A stretch of DNA of 64,000 bases from an uncultured Planctomycetota bacterium (GCA_963752285.1 CAVVXN010000001.1:608001-672000), one strand, 5' to 3'. Shown: positions 43,007 to 53,162, numbered from the stretch's first letter. Numbers and translations are program-made. Notes: generated by a model from the sequence alone, not told the origin.

Positions 43007-44013
43007 AGGCCGACCTGGTCAAACGCATCGTTCGTGCGATTGCCGAAGGGTCTCAGGGCGACCTGGATCGGCTTGCACAGAAGGTCGTCGAGTCGGAACG
43101 CAAGACGGGTCATCGTCATCTGGCGGACGAACTCCAGACGATTCTTGGTGATGCCAAGCGCCGCCCAAGTGTCAAGGGTGACGGCCATACGGATCCGCCA
43201 GGCAGGCTGCGAGCACTCCCGCAGAGTCGCCGTTACGGCGAACAGCTCGCCAAGCTCATTCCCCGGGAAGAGCTCGAGCACGACATGGTCCTTCCGCCGG
43301 CGACCGAAGAGCGGTTCGCGCGGATCGAGTGCGAGTTTGCGGCACGCGAACGTCTGGGAGCGTACGGCCTCAGTCCGCGCAAGACGATCTTGCTCCATGG
43401 CCCGCCGGGCTGCGGCAAGTCGCTTGGCGCCAAGCGCCTCGCATGGAAGACCGGTTTGCCTCTGTTGAAGGTCCGTTTCGACGCCCTGATCTCGTCCTTC
43501 TTCGGCGAATCGGCGTTGAACCTGCGAAGCATCTTCGTCGCTGCAAAGGATCAGCCCTCTGTGCTGCTCCTAGACGAGTGCGATTTCATCGCGCGTTCGC
43601 GTGTGGGCAGCAAAGACATCGGGGAAGCGGCACGCATCGTTAACTCGCTACTTCAGCTTATGGAGGAGTACGACGCTCCCGGACTGCTCGTGGCTACGAC
43701 CAACGTCGAATCCTCCCTTGACGAGGCCCTGTTTCGACGCTTCGACGACGTATTCCTCGTTCCGCTACCGGGCCCGGAAGAGGTCGAGCGCCTGCTGCGC
43801 ATGACACTTTCATCCGTGCCTGTCGCGGCCACCTTGAATTGGTCCGTAATGGTTGATCTGCTCGCCGGCGCTTCGGCCGCAATGGTCGTCAAGGTGGCTC
43901 GCGATGCGGCTAAGGCGGCCATCCTGAAGGGGCGCAAGATAGTAACGGAGGACTATCTTCGCGAAGCGATCGAGCAAGCTCGCCGGCACACGACCAATGG
44001 GCACGGGGCGTAG
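43003..44013 (+). CDS. AAA+ ATPase (IetA-like partner of S8 protease)
   Basis: Walker A GPPGCGKS, Walker B LLLDE, TTN sensor, RRFD arginine finger. Confidence 0.9.
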   Translation: MKADLVKRIVRAIAEGSQGDLDRLAQKVVESERKTGHRHLADELQTILGDAKRRPSVKGDGHTDPPGRLRALPQSRRYGEQLAKLIPREELEHDMVLPPATEERFARIECEFAARERLGAYGLSPRKTILLHGPPGCGKSLGAKRLAWKTGLPLLKVRFDALISSFFGESALNLRSIFVAAKDQPSVLLLDECDFIARSRVGSKDIGEAARIVNSLLQLMEEYDAPGLLVATTNVESSLDEALFRRFDDVFLVPLPGPEEVERLLRMTLSSVPVAATLNWSVMVDLLAGASAAMVVKVARDAAKAAILKGRKIVTEDYLREAIEQARRHTTNGHGA

Positions 44014-44016
44014 TCC

Positions 44017-46697
44017 ATGGCACCTGGCCAGCGGTTCGAACACCTTCCGCTGCTCCTTCGGTATCGCGGGCGCGCAAGGTTGCGCGGGTTCGGCGCGCCG
44101 GCGCCGCAGACCATTGCTAACCGTGGCGCCGACCGGACCGCGCATAGCACGTCGCTCCGCACCTCCGCCCAGTCTCTGTCGGCGAACTGGCGCACCAGAG
44201 GTACACAACGCCAGGCCCAAGGCCTTCCCGTCTTGCCGGCGGGCAAGCCGATCCTGGTCGAGGTAGACCCCGGACTCGACCTGGACGTGCTGCGCGACAA
44301 GTTCGATTTCGAGATCGTGGCCGAGCAAGAAGAGGGGTTCGTCCTCGTCGCATCGGAGGACATCGACCTCACCGCGTTTACGGAAATGGTGAGTGCCTTT
44401 TCGGTGCAGGTTCACGGTTCCGCCAAGGTCGCCGAGGTCCACAAGCTCTACGACGATCCGGACCAGATTGACCGAGTTCAGCGCGTCCTCTCCGAAGGCC
44501 TGTTCAGCCTGTGGCCCAACATCCCGGACGATCGGCTGTTCGTTGTGGACATTGGCGTTGCGTGCACGGGCACAAGGGAGATTCCCAAGCCGCCGGAGCG
44601 TGGCAGGCGGGACTCCGATTCCGATTGGGCTAGGAAGCAAAGCGACTGGGCGCAGCTTCGCACTGATGCGTACGACACCTGGGATCGGCTCTGCGCTGAG
44701 CGCCAGTCGGAACTCATCACATTCGTCGGCGGCTATGGTGGTGAGATCATGCACATGGTGCATGACGACTTCCTTGCCGTTGCGATCCTCCCCGACAGTT
44801 TTTCGGTCCGCCTCAAGATCCGCGGCATCGGCCTCAAGGACCTGGTCCTCAACTATCCGTACATCTTCGAGGTCGTTGAACCTGAGGATATAGCCTTGCC
44901 TCAGTACGCCGAGGCAGGCGGCGCGGCGCCTCTTCTTGCCGCCGCACCCGTGCCGCCGCCTGATGATGCCCCCGCAGTGTGCGTGATTGACAGCGGCATC
45001 CAAGAGGGACACGTGTTACTGGCCGCGTCGATTGACGGTCCAGCATCCCGCTGCTTTCTGCCTGGTGCCTCGGCCACCGACGTGGTCGACGAGGTGCGCC
45101 CGGGAGGGCACGGAACGCGCGTGGCGGGCGCGGTGCTCTATGGCGAGACCGTGCCGGCGGGCGGCACGCCGCAGTTGCCGTTCTGGATTCAGAACGGGCG
45201 AGTGTTGAATTATCAGAATCGGATGCCCGAGGACCTCTTTCCTCCGGCAGCTATGCGCGCCGCCGTCGAGCACTTTCACCTGAACGGTCGGCGCACACGG
45301 ATATTCAATCACTCTGTCAATGCTACCGCACCCGCGCGAACCCGCTACATGTCCGCGTGGGCAGCGGAGATCGACGTGCTCTGCAACCAGCACGATATTC
45401 TTGTTATTCAGAGCGCTGGCAACCTTCCCGCGTCTGGCAACCCGCCACTCATTGGCATCAGAGAACATCTCGCCGCCGACCGTCAGTATCCACACTACCT
45501 GTGCGAGGATTCCTGCCGCGTCGCGAACCCGGCCCAGAGTCTCCAGGCCCTTACGGTCGGATCCGTCGCATATGGGATGTTTGCGAACGGAGGCTGGAAG
45601 TCGCTGGCCCAACATCCGGGCCACCCGTCCGCGTTCTCTCGCTGCGGGCTCGGTATTTGGAACGTCATCAAGCCAGAGGTGGTGGAGTATGGCGGCGATG
45701 CCGTCCGCACCGCCAACAACCCTCCCGATGTGGCGATCGGCAGTCGATGCCGGGAATCTGCCCTGAGTTCGTTCGCTCCACCATGCACCCGCCGTCGCCG
45801 GCCTTCGCCCGCGATGACGCCGGCACATCCTACGCCGCCCCTAAGGTAGCCCGCGTCGCGGCCGCTGTGCAGCAGGTGTTGCCCGACGAGCCAGCCCTGC
45901 TTTACCGAGCACTGGTTGTTCAGTCTGCTAAGTGGCCGGAGTGGGCCGAGGGCGTCCTGAATCAGCTCCGGTCGCCCGATGTCCGCCGCGATGCCCACGG
46001 CCGCCAAGGGCTGTTGGACGAGGCAGGCGCAATCATCCGTTGGATCGGCTTCGGTATCCCGGATGTCGCGCGCGCAACAACGAACACAGACCACCGTACC
46101 ACGCTCATCACGAGCGGGCTCGCGCAGATTCACGCGCGCGAGTGCCACATCTACCAGATCCCGATTCCGCCTGAACTCCGAGCTGCGGGCGACGAGTACG
46201 ACATTCGAATCGACGTGACGCTCTCCTACGCCGCTCAGCCTCGGCGGACGCGCCGGAACCTTCGCCGTTACCTGTCAACGTGGGTTGATTGGAAGAGCAG
46301 CAAGCTCGGCGAGACAATCGACAGCTTCCGCGTTCGGTGTCTTCGCGAAGACAGTGTGCCCGACGTTGCGCCCGACGGCAGCGTGCTCCCCTGGACGCTC
46401 CACGAGAAGGACCGCGACGGTTTGGTGCGCACTGCGCGTCGCAACAGTGGCACGGTGCAGAAGGACTGGGCGGTCGTGAAGTCCAACGCTTTGCCGGAGA
46501 GTTTCTGCATCGCCGTGGTCGGGCATGAGGGGTGGAGCCGTGACCCGGACGCCACGGCTCAGTACTGCCTCGCAGTGACACTTGAGATTCAAGGCCAGGA
46601 GATCCCCATCTACGACCCACTCCGGGTGGCCCTGATAGCCTTGGAGGCAGAGATCGGCGAGGTCGAAGTCGAAGCAACCATTGAGATTGAAGACTGA
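44017..46697 (+). pseudogene. S8 subtilisin-like protease (IetS-like) split by 1-bp frameshift near 45747
   Basis: VIDSG (Asp), HGTRVAG (His), SAGN, KPEVVEYGG in frame 1; GTSYAAP (Ser) and C-terminus in the shifted frame. Confidence 0.8.
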
Positions 46698-46719
46698 ACC
46701 GTCACGGGAGAGCGAAGAG

Positions 46720-46891
46720 CGCGCAAGGGCAGTATGGGAGGGCGTAGCAGGGCTGGCTGACCTGCTCCAGCTGGGGCAGCGCCGACGAGGTGCTCCAGCG
46801 GCCCTGCGAGTGGTATGAGGAGTATTTCGTCACCCTGCGGATATCCTCCGACTACGAGGTCAGCCTCCATCTGATCGCGGAGCTGTCCCAT
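46720..46891 (-). pseudogene. Tyrosine-integrase N-terminal (SAM-like) remnant
   Basis: MGQLRDQMEADLVVGGY with GGAGG SD resembles N-termini of IS91-associated integrases; degenerates quickly. Confidence 0.5.
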
Positions 46892-46950
46892 GGCGTCCTC
46901 CTCTGGGTTGTGGGTGACGGTGGTGCGTCAGCCCAATGGTCCGGAGGAGG

Positions 46951-47901
46951 TGGGGTGGCCCCGGTTTGGTGGAGGGTCGGGCGCTGGGGTAAGAGATACC
47001 CCCGATGCCCAAGACGGTCCCCCCTACCCGTTTGAGTTCCGCCGCCGGCTCCTGGACGTCGTCCGGGCCGGTCGCACTCCCGAGAGCCTCTCGAAGGAGT
47101 TCAAGGTCTCCGCGCAGTCGATCCGGACCTGGGCCCGCCAAGAAGATCCGGGCATTCCATGCCGCCTCCCGCGGCACGTACGGAGCTCGGCGCATCCACG
47201 CCGACCTGGAGGCCGAAGGCGTCTTCGTGGGCCGCAAGCGAGTGGCGCGCCTGATGCGCCTGGCGGGCTTGGAAGGCGTCAGCCCGCGGAAGTGGACGAC
47301 CACGACGTCCCGCAGCGACGAGCACGCCGCGGCGCCGGACCTCGTGAACCGGGACTTCTCGGCGAACGCGCCGAACAAGCTCTGGGTCGCCGGCATCACG
47401 TACGTGCCGACTTGGGAGGGATTCCTCTACCTGGCGGTCGTGCTCGACGTCTGGAGCCGAAAGATCGTCGGCTGGGCGATGAGCACGAGCCTGGCGACCG
47501 AGCTCGTGCTCGCGGCGCTGGAGATGGCCGTGCGCCAGAGACAACCCTCGGGCGTCGTGCATCACTCCGACAAGGGCTGCCAGTACACATCGATCGCGTT
47601 CGGGCACCGCTGCATCGAGGCGGGCGTGAAGCCGTCCACGGGATCGGTGGGCGACGCATACGACAACGCGATGGCCGAGAGTTTCTTCTCGACGCTCGAG
47701 TGCGAGGTGATCGCTCGGCAGTCGCTCAAGACCAAGGACCACGCCCGGAGCGAGGTGTTCTCGTTCATCGAGGGCTGGTACAACCCCCGCCGACGGCACT
47801 CCGCCATCGGCTACAAGTCACCCAACCAGTTCGAGGAGGCCGCCGTCCAGGCGGCCATGGCCCCCAGCGCCCGACCCTCCACGAAACCGGGGGCCACCCC
47901 A
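46951..47901 (+). mobile_element. Internally deleted, inactive IS3-family element
   Basis: About 40-bp terminal IRs (TGGGGTGGCCCCGGTTT...; TG...CA); orfA HTH fragment joined to orfB (YGARRI, WVAGITY, HHSDKG, AESFF, YNPRRRHS). Confidence 0.88.
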
Positions 47902-48150
47902 GACGCGCCGAAGTCGGGCGCACTTCTCGCAGCCCTGGAGACGAGTCCCAAACACATACCGGTCGAGACAGTCCAGTTCGACCTGGCCGTGACTTTCAGC
48001 GGCACCACGGCCGCTGGCGCCGGCATCCTGAGCGTCGTACGCATGGGGCTGGACACGAGGACAACACAGGAGACCGCCCATCCGATTCAGTTCGGGGTGA
48101 AGGTCGCTTGGCCTATCCCATATCCGCAGCCCGCGGGTCCCTCGACGTAG
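47902..48150 (+). pseudogene. C-terminal fragment of a Trypco-like small beta protein
   Basis: VQFDLAVTFSG...AGAGILSV...IQFGVKV; 5' end replaced by the IS. Confidence 0.4.
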
Positions 48151-48198
48151 TGGGTCGCCCCCACGCCGGCGGCCGAACGGCGGGGGACCGTCTGGGCC

Positions 48199-48448
48199 TC
48201 ATCCGCCAACGATCCGCGCCAGCGCCGCGACATGCCATTGCTTTCCCGTCCGCGGCCGGAACCCCGCCTCGTCCAGCCCCGCACCCACGGCCCGAAGCGC
48301 CGCGCCTTCCGCCCGGAGCCGCCTGGCGAGGGCGACGGTGCGCTGCTGGTGCTCGTCCTCGACCAGCACGCTCCCGGCCCCGACGCGCCACCCGTACGGC
48401 ACTCCCGCGCCCGCCGCGCCGGGTTCACCGCGAGGGCGGCGCAGGTCT
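48199..48448 (-). pseudogene. Serine recombinase C-terminal (DNA-binding) fragment, copy A
   Basis: AALAV...(frameshift)...VPYGWRV...LRAVGAGLDEAGFRPRTGKQWHVAALARI. Confidence 0.7.
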
Positions 48449-48991
48449 GGGGCCGACGCCGCGAACCAGGAGGGTGGTTCCGCCACCGTGCAGGTGTGCA
48501 GCCAGGGGGGTGAGATCCGGCTGTTTCCTCAGTATCAACTTGCGCGCGATCTCAACGAGGGGCTGGGCCGTCCAAGGGAGAGACTTCAGACCCGCCAGTT
48601 CGTGGCAGTAGCGCCACTCCTCAAACGCGCGCGCGTTCTCTTCCAGCATCGCAGTGAAGTCCTCTGCCAAGACCAAGTCTGGATGCTGCCTCCTCACTTC
48701 AGCCAGCGTCTCCGCCCAACCAGAGGTAGCACGAGTGAACGCTTCCCAGCCGGTCTGAAGCGCAGCCTGGTCGTCGCCGTCCAAATCGCCAAACAACTCC
48801 ACGTAGTTGTGCCCCTTCAGATGGCCCTCATGAGAGCCGAGCAGTGCGAGTAGCTTCAGATACACCTCAAGCGCCAGCGAGAGGAGCACGGAACACGCAG
48901 CCATGGGCATGGTCCGCTCCGATCGCGTGAGCGAGTGCATCGTCTGAACAGTGCGTGCCGTGCTCTCGTACTCTAGTGCGGCGAGGAACAT
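48425..48991 (-). CDS. HEPN-like domain protein
   Basis: SLALEVYLKLL...GHNYVELF...AFEEWRY pattern; start could be 49087. Confidence 0.6.
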   Translation of the reverse strand: MFLAALEYESTARTVQTMHSLTRSERTMPMAACSVLLSLALEVYLKLLALLGSHEGHLKGHNYVELFGDLDGDDQAALQTGWEAFTRATSGWAETLAEVRRQHPDLVLAEDFTAMLEENARAFEEWRYCHELAGLKSLPWTAQPLVEIARKLILRKQPDLTPLAAHLHGGGTTLLVRGVGPRPAPPSR

Positions 48992-49176
48992 CTTGCGTAC
49001 ATCGGGCCGTCGCCGCTTCGGAGCACCGGCGTGCCCCACGCGCCCCGCCAATCCGCCTCCACTCCGATCTGCTTCTGCGTCGCCCATCTCGGGGTCTCCG
49101 ATGACCCAGCCGGTCTCTCTCGCCTTCTAGCACAAGTCGCCGCCAGCGGTTTTGAGATCCGGGTGACTGAATGGCC

Positions 49177-49425
49177 TCACAGCACAAGGCGCGCCAGCAC
49201 CGCCACGTGCCACTGCTTTCTGCACCGCGGCGCGCGCCCCTCCTCGGCGAGGGCGCGGCCGATCGCCCGGAGCGACTTCCCCTCAGCCGCGAGTTCCCGC
49301 GCCCGGGCGACGGTCGCCCGCTCGTCGGGGTCCTCGACCAGCAGCCCGTCGTCGCCGAGCCGCATGCCGTAGGGGATGCCGCCGACCCTCTCCCCGCGCG
49401 CCCTCTTCACCGCGAGCGCGGCCCG
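49177..49425 (-). pseudogene. Serine recombinase C-terminal fragment, copy B (intact 77-aa ORF from GTG 49410)
   Basis: RAALAVKRARGERVGGIPYG...SLRAIGRALAEEG...KQWHVAVLARL. Confidence 0.72.
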
Positions 49426-49432
49426 GCTTCGG

Positions 49433-49669
49433 CTACTTCGGCAACCAATGACCGGCGCTCGCGGCCAGGTAGATCAAGACGAGCCCAATCAGCACGCCCG
49501 ACAGGCCCTGCACGATGCGGACGAAGTCCCACTGGCGACTTCGCTCGGGGCGCACTCCCTTGAACCGCGTGGCCCATGCGTGCACCGACCAGGTGAAGCC
49601 TGGGAGGCAGAGCGTGATGAGCCCGGAGGACAGGACCAGCACGCCAGCGGCGAGCAGCAGGATGGGCAT
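49433..49669 (-). CDS. Small 2-TM membrane protein (DUF6199-like)
   Basis: TM-P..W...RFKGVRPERS-TM pattern. Confidence 0.5.
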   Translation of the reverse strand: MPILLLAAGVLVLSSGLITLCLPGFTWSVHAWATRFKGVRPERSRQWDFVRIVQGLSGVLIGLVLIYLAASAGHWLPK

Positions 49670-49724
49670 CGCACACAGAGCAATAGCTGGCCCGCCACGC
49701 TCTCGTGCTGGGGCAGCAGCGGCG

Positions 49725-50137
49725 GAAGCCGGACCGTCAAGTCATCGCCGGTCCCAACGGCAAGGCCTACACGCCCTGGGTGCTCCGGACGGACATGGCA
49801 AAGGCGGTCGGCCTGCTACGAGATCCCGGCGCACAAGAAGCCCAAGGTGACGACCCACGTACTCCGCCACACCGCGGCTTCGCTGATGGTCGCCGCCGGC
49901 GTGCCGATCTTCGACGTCGCCAAGGTGCTCGGCCACGAGACCATCCAGGTCACCATGCGCTACGCTCACTTTGCGCCCGAGGCCGGCAGGGCGGCCGTCG
50001 AGGCGCTTGACCGGATCCTCGATCTCAAGGTCGATGCGGATCGGGTCGAGGAGCGCCTCGGGGCCTACGTGGGCCGTCCCCGCTGGTGGGGAGATTGGTG
50101 GGGAAGGCCCCTTTCGGCGGCGCCGGTAGCGCGCTGA
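49725..50137 (+). pseudogene. Tyrosine recombinase/integrase C-terminal remnant
   Basis: HVLRHTAAS...LGHETIQVTMRYAH (HxxR, H, Y); frameshift near 49810; N-terminus absent. Confidence 0.85.
50084..50104 (+). repeat. Direct repeat TGGTGGGGA x2 (candidate integrase arm-type sites)
   Basis: Copies at 50084 and 50096, about 75 bp from the tRNA 3' end. Confidence 0.45.
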
Positions 50138-50177
50138 TCCGTTGGGAGCCGACCGCCCACAGAGCCCAGAAGATGGG

Positions 50178-50276
50178 TGGCGGGAGAGCAAGGGAATCGA
50201 ACCCTCCTGCGACGCCTTGCGACGCCACACAGCGGTTTTGAAGACCGTGGGGGCCACCAGGCCGCCATCCTCTCCC
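50178..50276 (-). tRNA. selC: tRNA-Sec (UCA)
   Basis: GGGAGAG acceptor pairing with CTCTCCC-GCCA; anticodon arm CGGT-CTTCAAA-ACCG; long variable arm; GGTTCGATTCC; 99 nt. Confidence 0.95.
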
Positions 50277-50693
50277 GCGAGTGGTCGGGGGAGAGGGTAC
50301 GGGGATCGCGGCGGGTCGCAACCGGGCGGGGGTGGCCGTGCGGGGGCGTCCATCGGCGCCTTGCCTCTTGGGCGTGCCTTCCCCGGGCGCGCTTTCCGAG
50401 GCGGTCGTGTCGGCGGCCGCCCTGGCCGGTCGATCTGCGGCGACGGGGCGCCGCGCGGTCCATGGGCGCGTTCACGGCCTCGGCGTCGGGGCGTCCGGCG
50501 GTGGGCCGTCGCCTCGGCCGCGCGGAGGCCCGCACGGGGGCCCGCGAGGGGATCCCTGCGGGGGATTGCGCGGGGCAGCGGGAGGAGGCAGCGGGAGTAG
50601 GCAGCCGGACGGGGCAGCGGGACGGGACGGCGTGGGGGGCGCGGTAGACGGTGCGGGGGCGGCCGACGGTGACGGCGCGGCCGCGGTGCGGGG

Positions 50694-51677
50694 CTACAGC
50701 GGTTCCGTACGCGTCTTCGTGCCCTTCGGGACCACGATCAGGCAGGGGAGGTCGAGGCCCGTCGTCGTTCCGCCGAACCCGTTCGGGTAGATGCTCTCCT
50801 GGGAGATCGCCGTGTAGCCGTTCCACATGTCCGACACGCGGCCGGCCGCTCGGACCGGCGTCGTGTCGAGCGCGAGCTTCAGCACCTCCGGCCGGCGGTA
50901 CTCGAGGATCCACCGGTCGGCCATCCAGCGCACGTGCCGCTCGGCCCAGTCGCACTTCGGGTTCTCGAAGTGCGAGCGGATCCGCGTCTCGCCGTCCTGG
51001 CTCTGGAGGAGGCGGAACGCGGCGTCGTCGGTCTCGTCGGGGCTCTCGACCTCGACCGACACGAAGCCCCCGGGCCCGCTCGGGTCCGAACCGTTCACGG
51101 CCAGGCGCCGCGCGACCGAGACGATCTCCATCGTTCGGTCCGTGAAGAACCCCTCGCCATCGGGCGCCGGCAGACTCGCCTTCACGACCTCGCCGACCTC
51201 GGCGACGTGGCGGTCGAACGTGACCTGCGGGTAGCCCCCGACGACCTCGAAGAGGATCGCGCCCTTCTTCCCGCCCTCGTCGATCAGGTCGTGGACCTGG
51301 ACGTCCGCCTTCGTCGCCTCGGGCATCACGAGCACCGGGTTCGAGTCGGTTCCCGTCGGATGCTTCGCGAGCACGAGCTCGCCGGGCGCGAGCTTCACCT
51401 CGTGCCACGCGCCCGCGCGAAACGTCCCGTAGTCGGACGGCGACTCGGGGTCGCTCACGTCCGCGAAGGCCACGAACACGCTCCGCGCCTTCTCCCCGGC
51501 ACGGAGGAACAGCCCCACGACCAGCGTGTCGGTCACGTCCTTCGACGGCTCGAGCCACGCGCCCGCGACCACCGGTGAGACGTCCCCGGTCGCGCGCGCG
51601 GGCGAGGCGGACGGACCGAGACCCGCGGCCAGGAGGAGTGCGGCGAGGGCGATGGGACGGACGATGGCGCTTCGCAT
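50694..51677 (-). CDS. Hypothetical secreted protein
   Basis: Signal peptide ending PARA; host-like codon use. Confidence 0.75.
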   Translation of the reverse strand: MRSAIVRPIALAALLLAAGLGPSASPARATGDVSPVVAGAWLEPSKDVTDTLVVGLFLRAGEKARSVFVAFADVSDPESPSDYGTFRAGAWHEVKLAPGELVLAKHPTGTDSNPVLVMPEATKADVQVHDLIDEGGKKGAILFEVVGGYPQVTFDRHVAEVGEVVKASLPAPDGEGFFTDRTMEIVSVARRLAVNGSDPSGPGGFVSVEVESPDETDDAAFRLLQSQDGETRIRSHFENPKCDWAERHVRWMADRWILEYRRPEVLKLALDTTPVRAAGRVSDMWNGYTAISQESIYPNGFGGTTTGLDLPCLIVVPKGTKTRTEPL

Positions 51678-51740
51678 GGGGGCCTTGTACCGCCGGGGGA
51701 GGTGACGAGGTTGGACGGCGCCCGCCCCGGCGGCGTTCCC

Positions 51741-52724
51741 TCAGGCGGCGGGGGCGACCCAGGCGTCCCGCGCGATGGACGTCCGGAGCGCCTCGGCCAG
51801 CTCCAGGGTGCGGAGGGCCTCCTCGGCGCCGAGGTGGTCCGGGTCGCGCGCGCCGAGGACCACGCCCACGAAGTGCTCGTCCTCGATCACGATCGGGTCG
51901 CGCCCGGGGTCGGAGCGGGTCTTCGAGGCCTCCCCCGGGCGGTGGAGCGCGAGGTGCACGTCGGGCGGGCGGCCGACCGCGTGCTCGAGGCGCGCCGCCA
52001 GCTCGCCCGCCGTCCCGAGGACCGACGCCGTCACCACGAGGGGCCGCCCCGGCCGGAGGAGGTACGACCCCGCCGCGTGGCCCCGGACCTCGCCCCAGTC
52101 GAGCTCCGCCTCCACGTGGTCGATCCGGCCCGTCGGGCCGACGACCGCCGTCGCCCGCACCCGCTTCGGCGCGCCGAACGTGAGGCGCAGCCAGTCGAGG
52201 TCGAAGAGCAGGATCTCCTCCAGCGCGTCGCCGTGGTGCGCGCCCGACGTCCCCGGCGCGAGCCGCGCCGTCGTGACCACCATCGGTCGGCCGACGCGCC
52301 CCGCGAGGACTTGCTCCCGCACCCACGCCCCCGGTACCGCGACGCGGCCGAGGAGCGCGACCTGGAGCCGCGGCCCGTCCAAGGCCTGCGCGGCGACCAT
52401 CGCCCGTGCGTCGGCGAGGTCGCGCGCCATCGGCGTCTCGACGAGCACGTGCTTCCCGGCCGCGAGGGCGCGGAGCGCGACGTCCCGGTGGGTCGGCGTG
52501 GGGGTCGCGACCACGACCGCCTGGACCTCGTCCGAGTCGAGGAGCGCGTCGAGGCTCGCCGCCTCCCGCGCCCGAAGCGCCCCCGCGAGGTCCGCGGCCC
52601 GCGCCGAGCGCTCGCCGTCCCGGCCGACGACCGCGCTCACCCGAACGCCCGGGATCCGGGCGAAGGCCTCGGCGTGACGTCGCGCCATGTACCCCGCGCC
52701 GACCAGGCCGATCCCGAGGGTCAC
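51741..52724 (-). CDS. Gfo/Idh/MocA family oxidoreductase
   Basis: IGLVGAGYMARRH, VVATPTPTH, GKHVLVETPM (EKP variant); GTG start behind GGAGG. Confidence 0.85.
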   Translation of the reverse strand: MTLGIGLVGAGYMARRHAEAFARIPGVRVSAVVGRDGERSARAADLAGALRAREAASLDALLDSDEVQAVVVATPTPTHRDVALRALAAGKHVLVETPMARDLADARAMVAAQALDGPRLQVALLGRVAVPGAWVREQVLAGRVGRPMVVTTARLAPGTSGAHHGDALEEILLFDLDWLRLTFGAPKRVRATAVVGPTGRIDHVEAELDWGEVRGHAAGSYLLRPGRPLVVTASVLGTAGELAARLEHAVGRPPDVHLALHRPGEASKTRSDPGRDPIVIEDEHFVGVVLGARDPDHLGAEEALRTLELAEALRTSIARDAWVAPAA

Positions 52725-52819
52725 CGTGGCCCTCCCTCCATGCCCGGGACGGTACCCCACTTCGCGCGGCAGGTCACCCGGCCGTGGACCGCGCGTCGCG
52801 CGTTCGACGCCGGTGCGCG

Positions 52820-53059
52820 TGTGGGAATCCTCGACAGGGCGGGGCTCGCGGGTGGACCGCGCGGGGCCCCGCCGGGACGGCCCGCCGCGCCCGGCACGGA
52901 CTCGATTTGCACGGATTGCACGTGGTCCGGGGTTCCCAAACCGTGGTGAACCTCCACAGTGCTGGGGAAGAAGGCCACGGTTTCGTAAGACGCGGATTGA
53001 CAAGGAGTTGTGCCCGAGTCGCCGCGATTCCGGCGCTGGGGGCGTGGCGACTTTCCACA
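52820..53059. promoter_or_regulatory. Four (T/C)GTGG-N7-C(C/G)AC(A/G)-like palindromes: candidate sigma54 activator binding sites
   Basis: Copies at 52820, 52942, 52963 (TGGGG variant), 53043. Confidence 0.6.
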
Positions 53060-53162
53060 GGTGCCCAACAGGACCGGTTTACTCCCGAATCGGACCGCAT
53101 TTGCCGCAACTTTGCAATCGGCCTGCACTTGCGACACGGGACCGTCGTTGGTTCGGACGCGA

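Larger units (their letters stand above)
41277..50189. mobile_element. Decayed genomic island integrated at tRNA-Sec 3' end
   Basis: Visible shift to lower GC and different codon use; tyrosine-integrase remnant next to tRNA; recombinase/IS remnants; 10-bp GCGGGAGAGC at both 41277 and 50180 (left boundary tentative). Confidence 0.75.

Noticed and set aside
41277..50189. Intact prophage or ICE
   Set aside because: No structural, replication or conjugation genes; all integrases are fragments
52897..53132. Three CGG...TTGC motifs as sigma54 promoters
   Set aside because: GG-GC spacing is 9 rather than the required 10; the site at 53163 fits exactly
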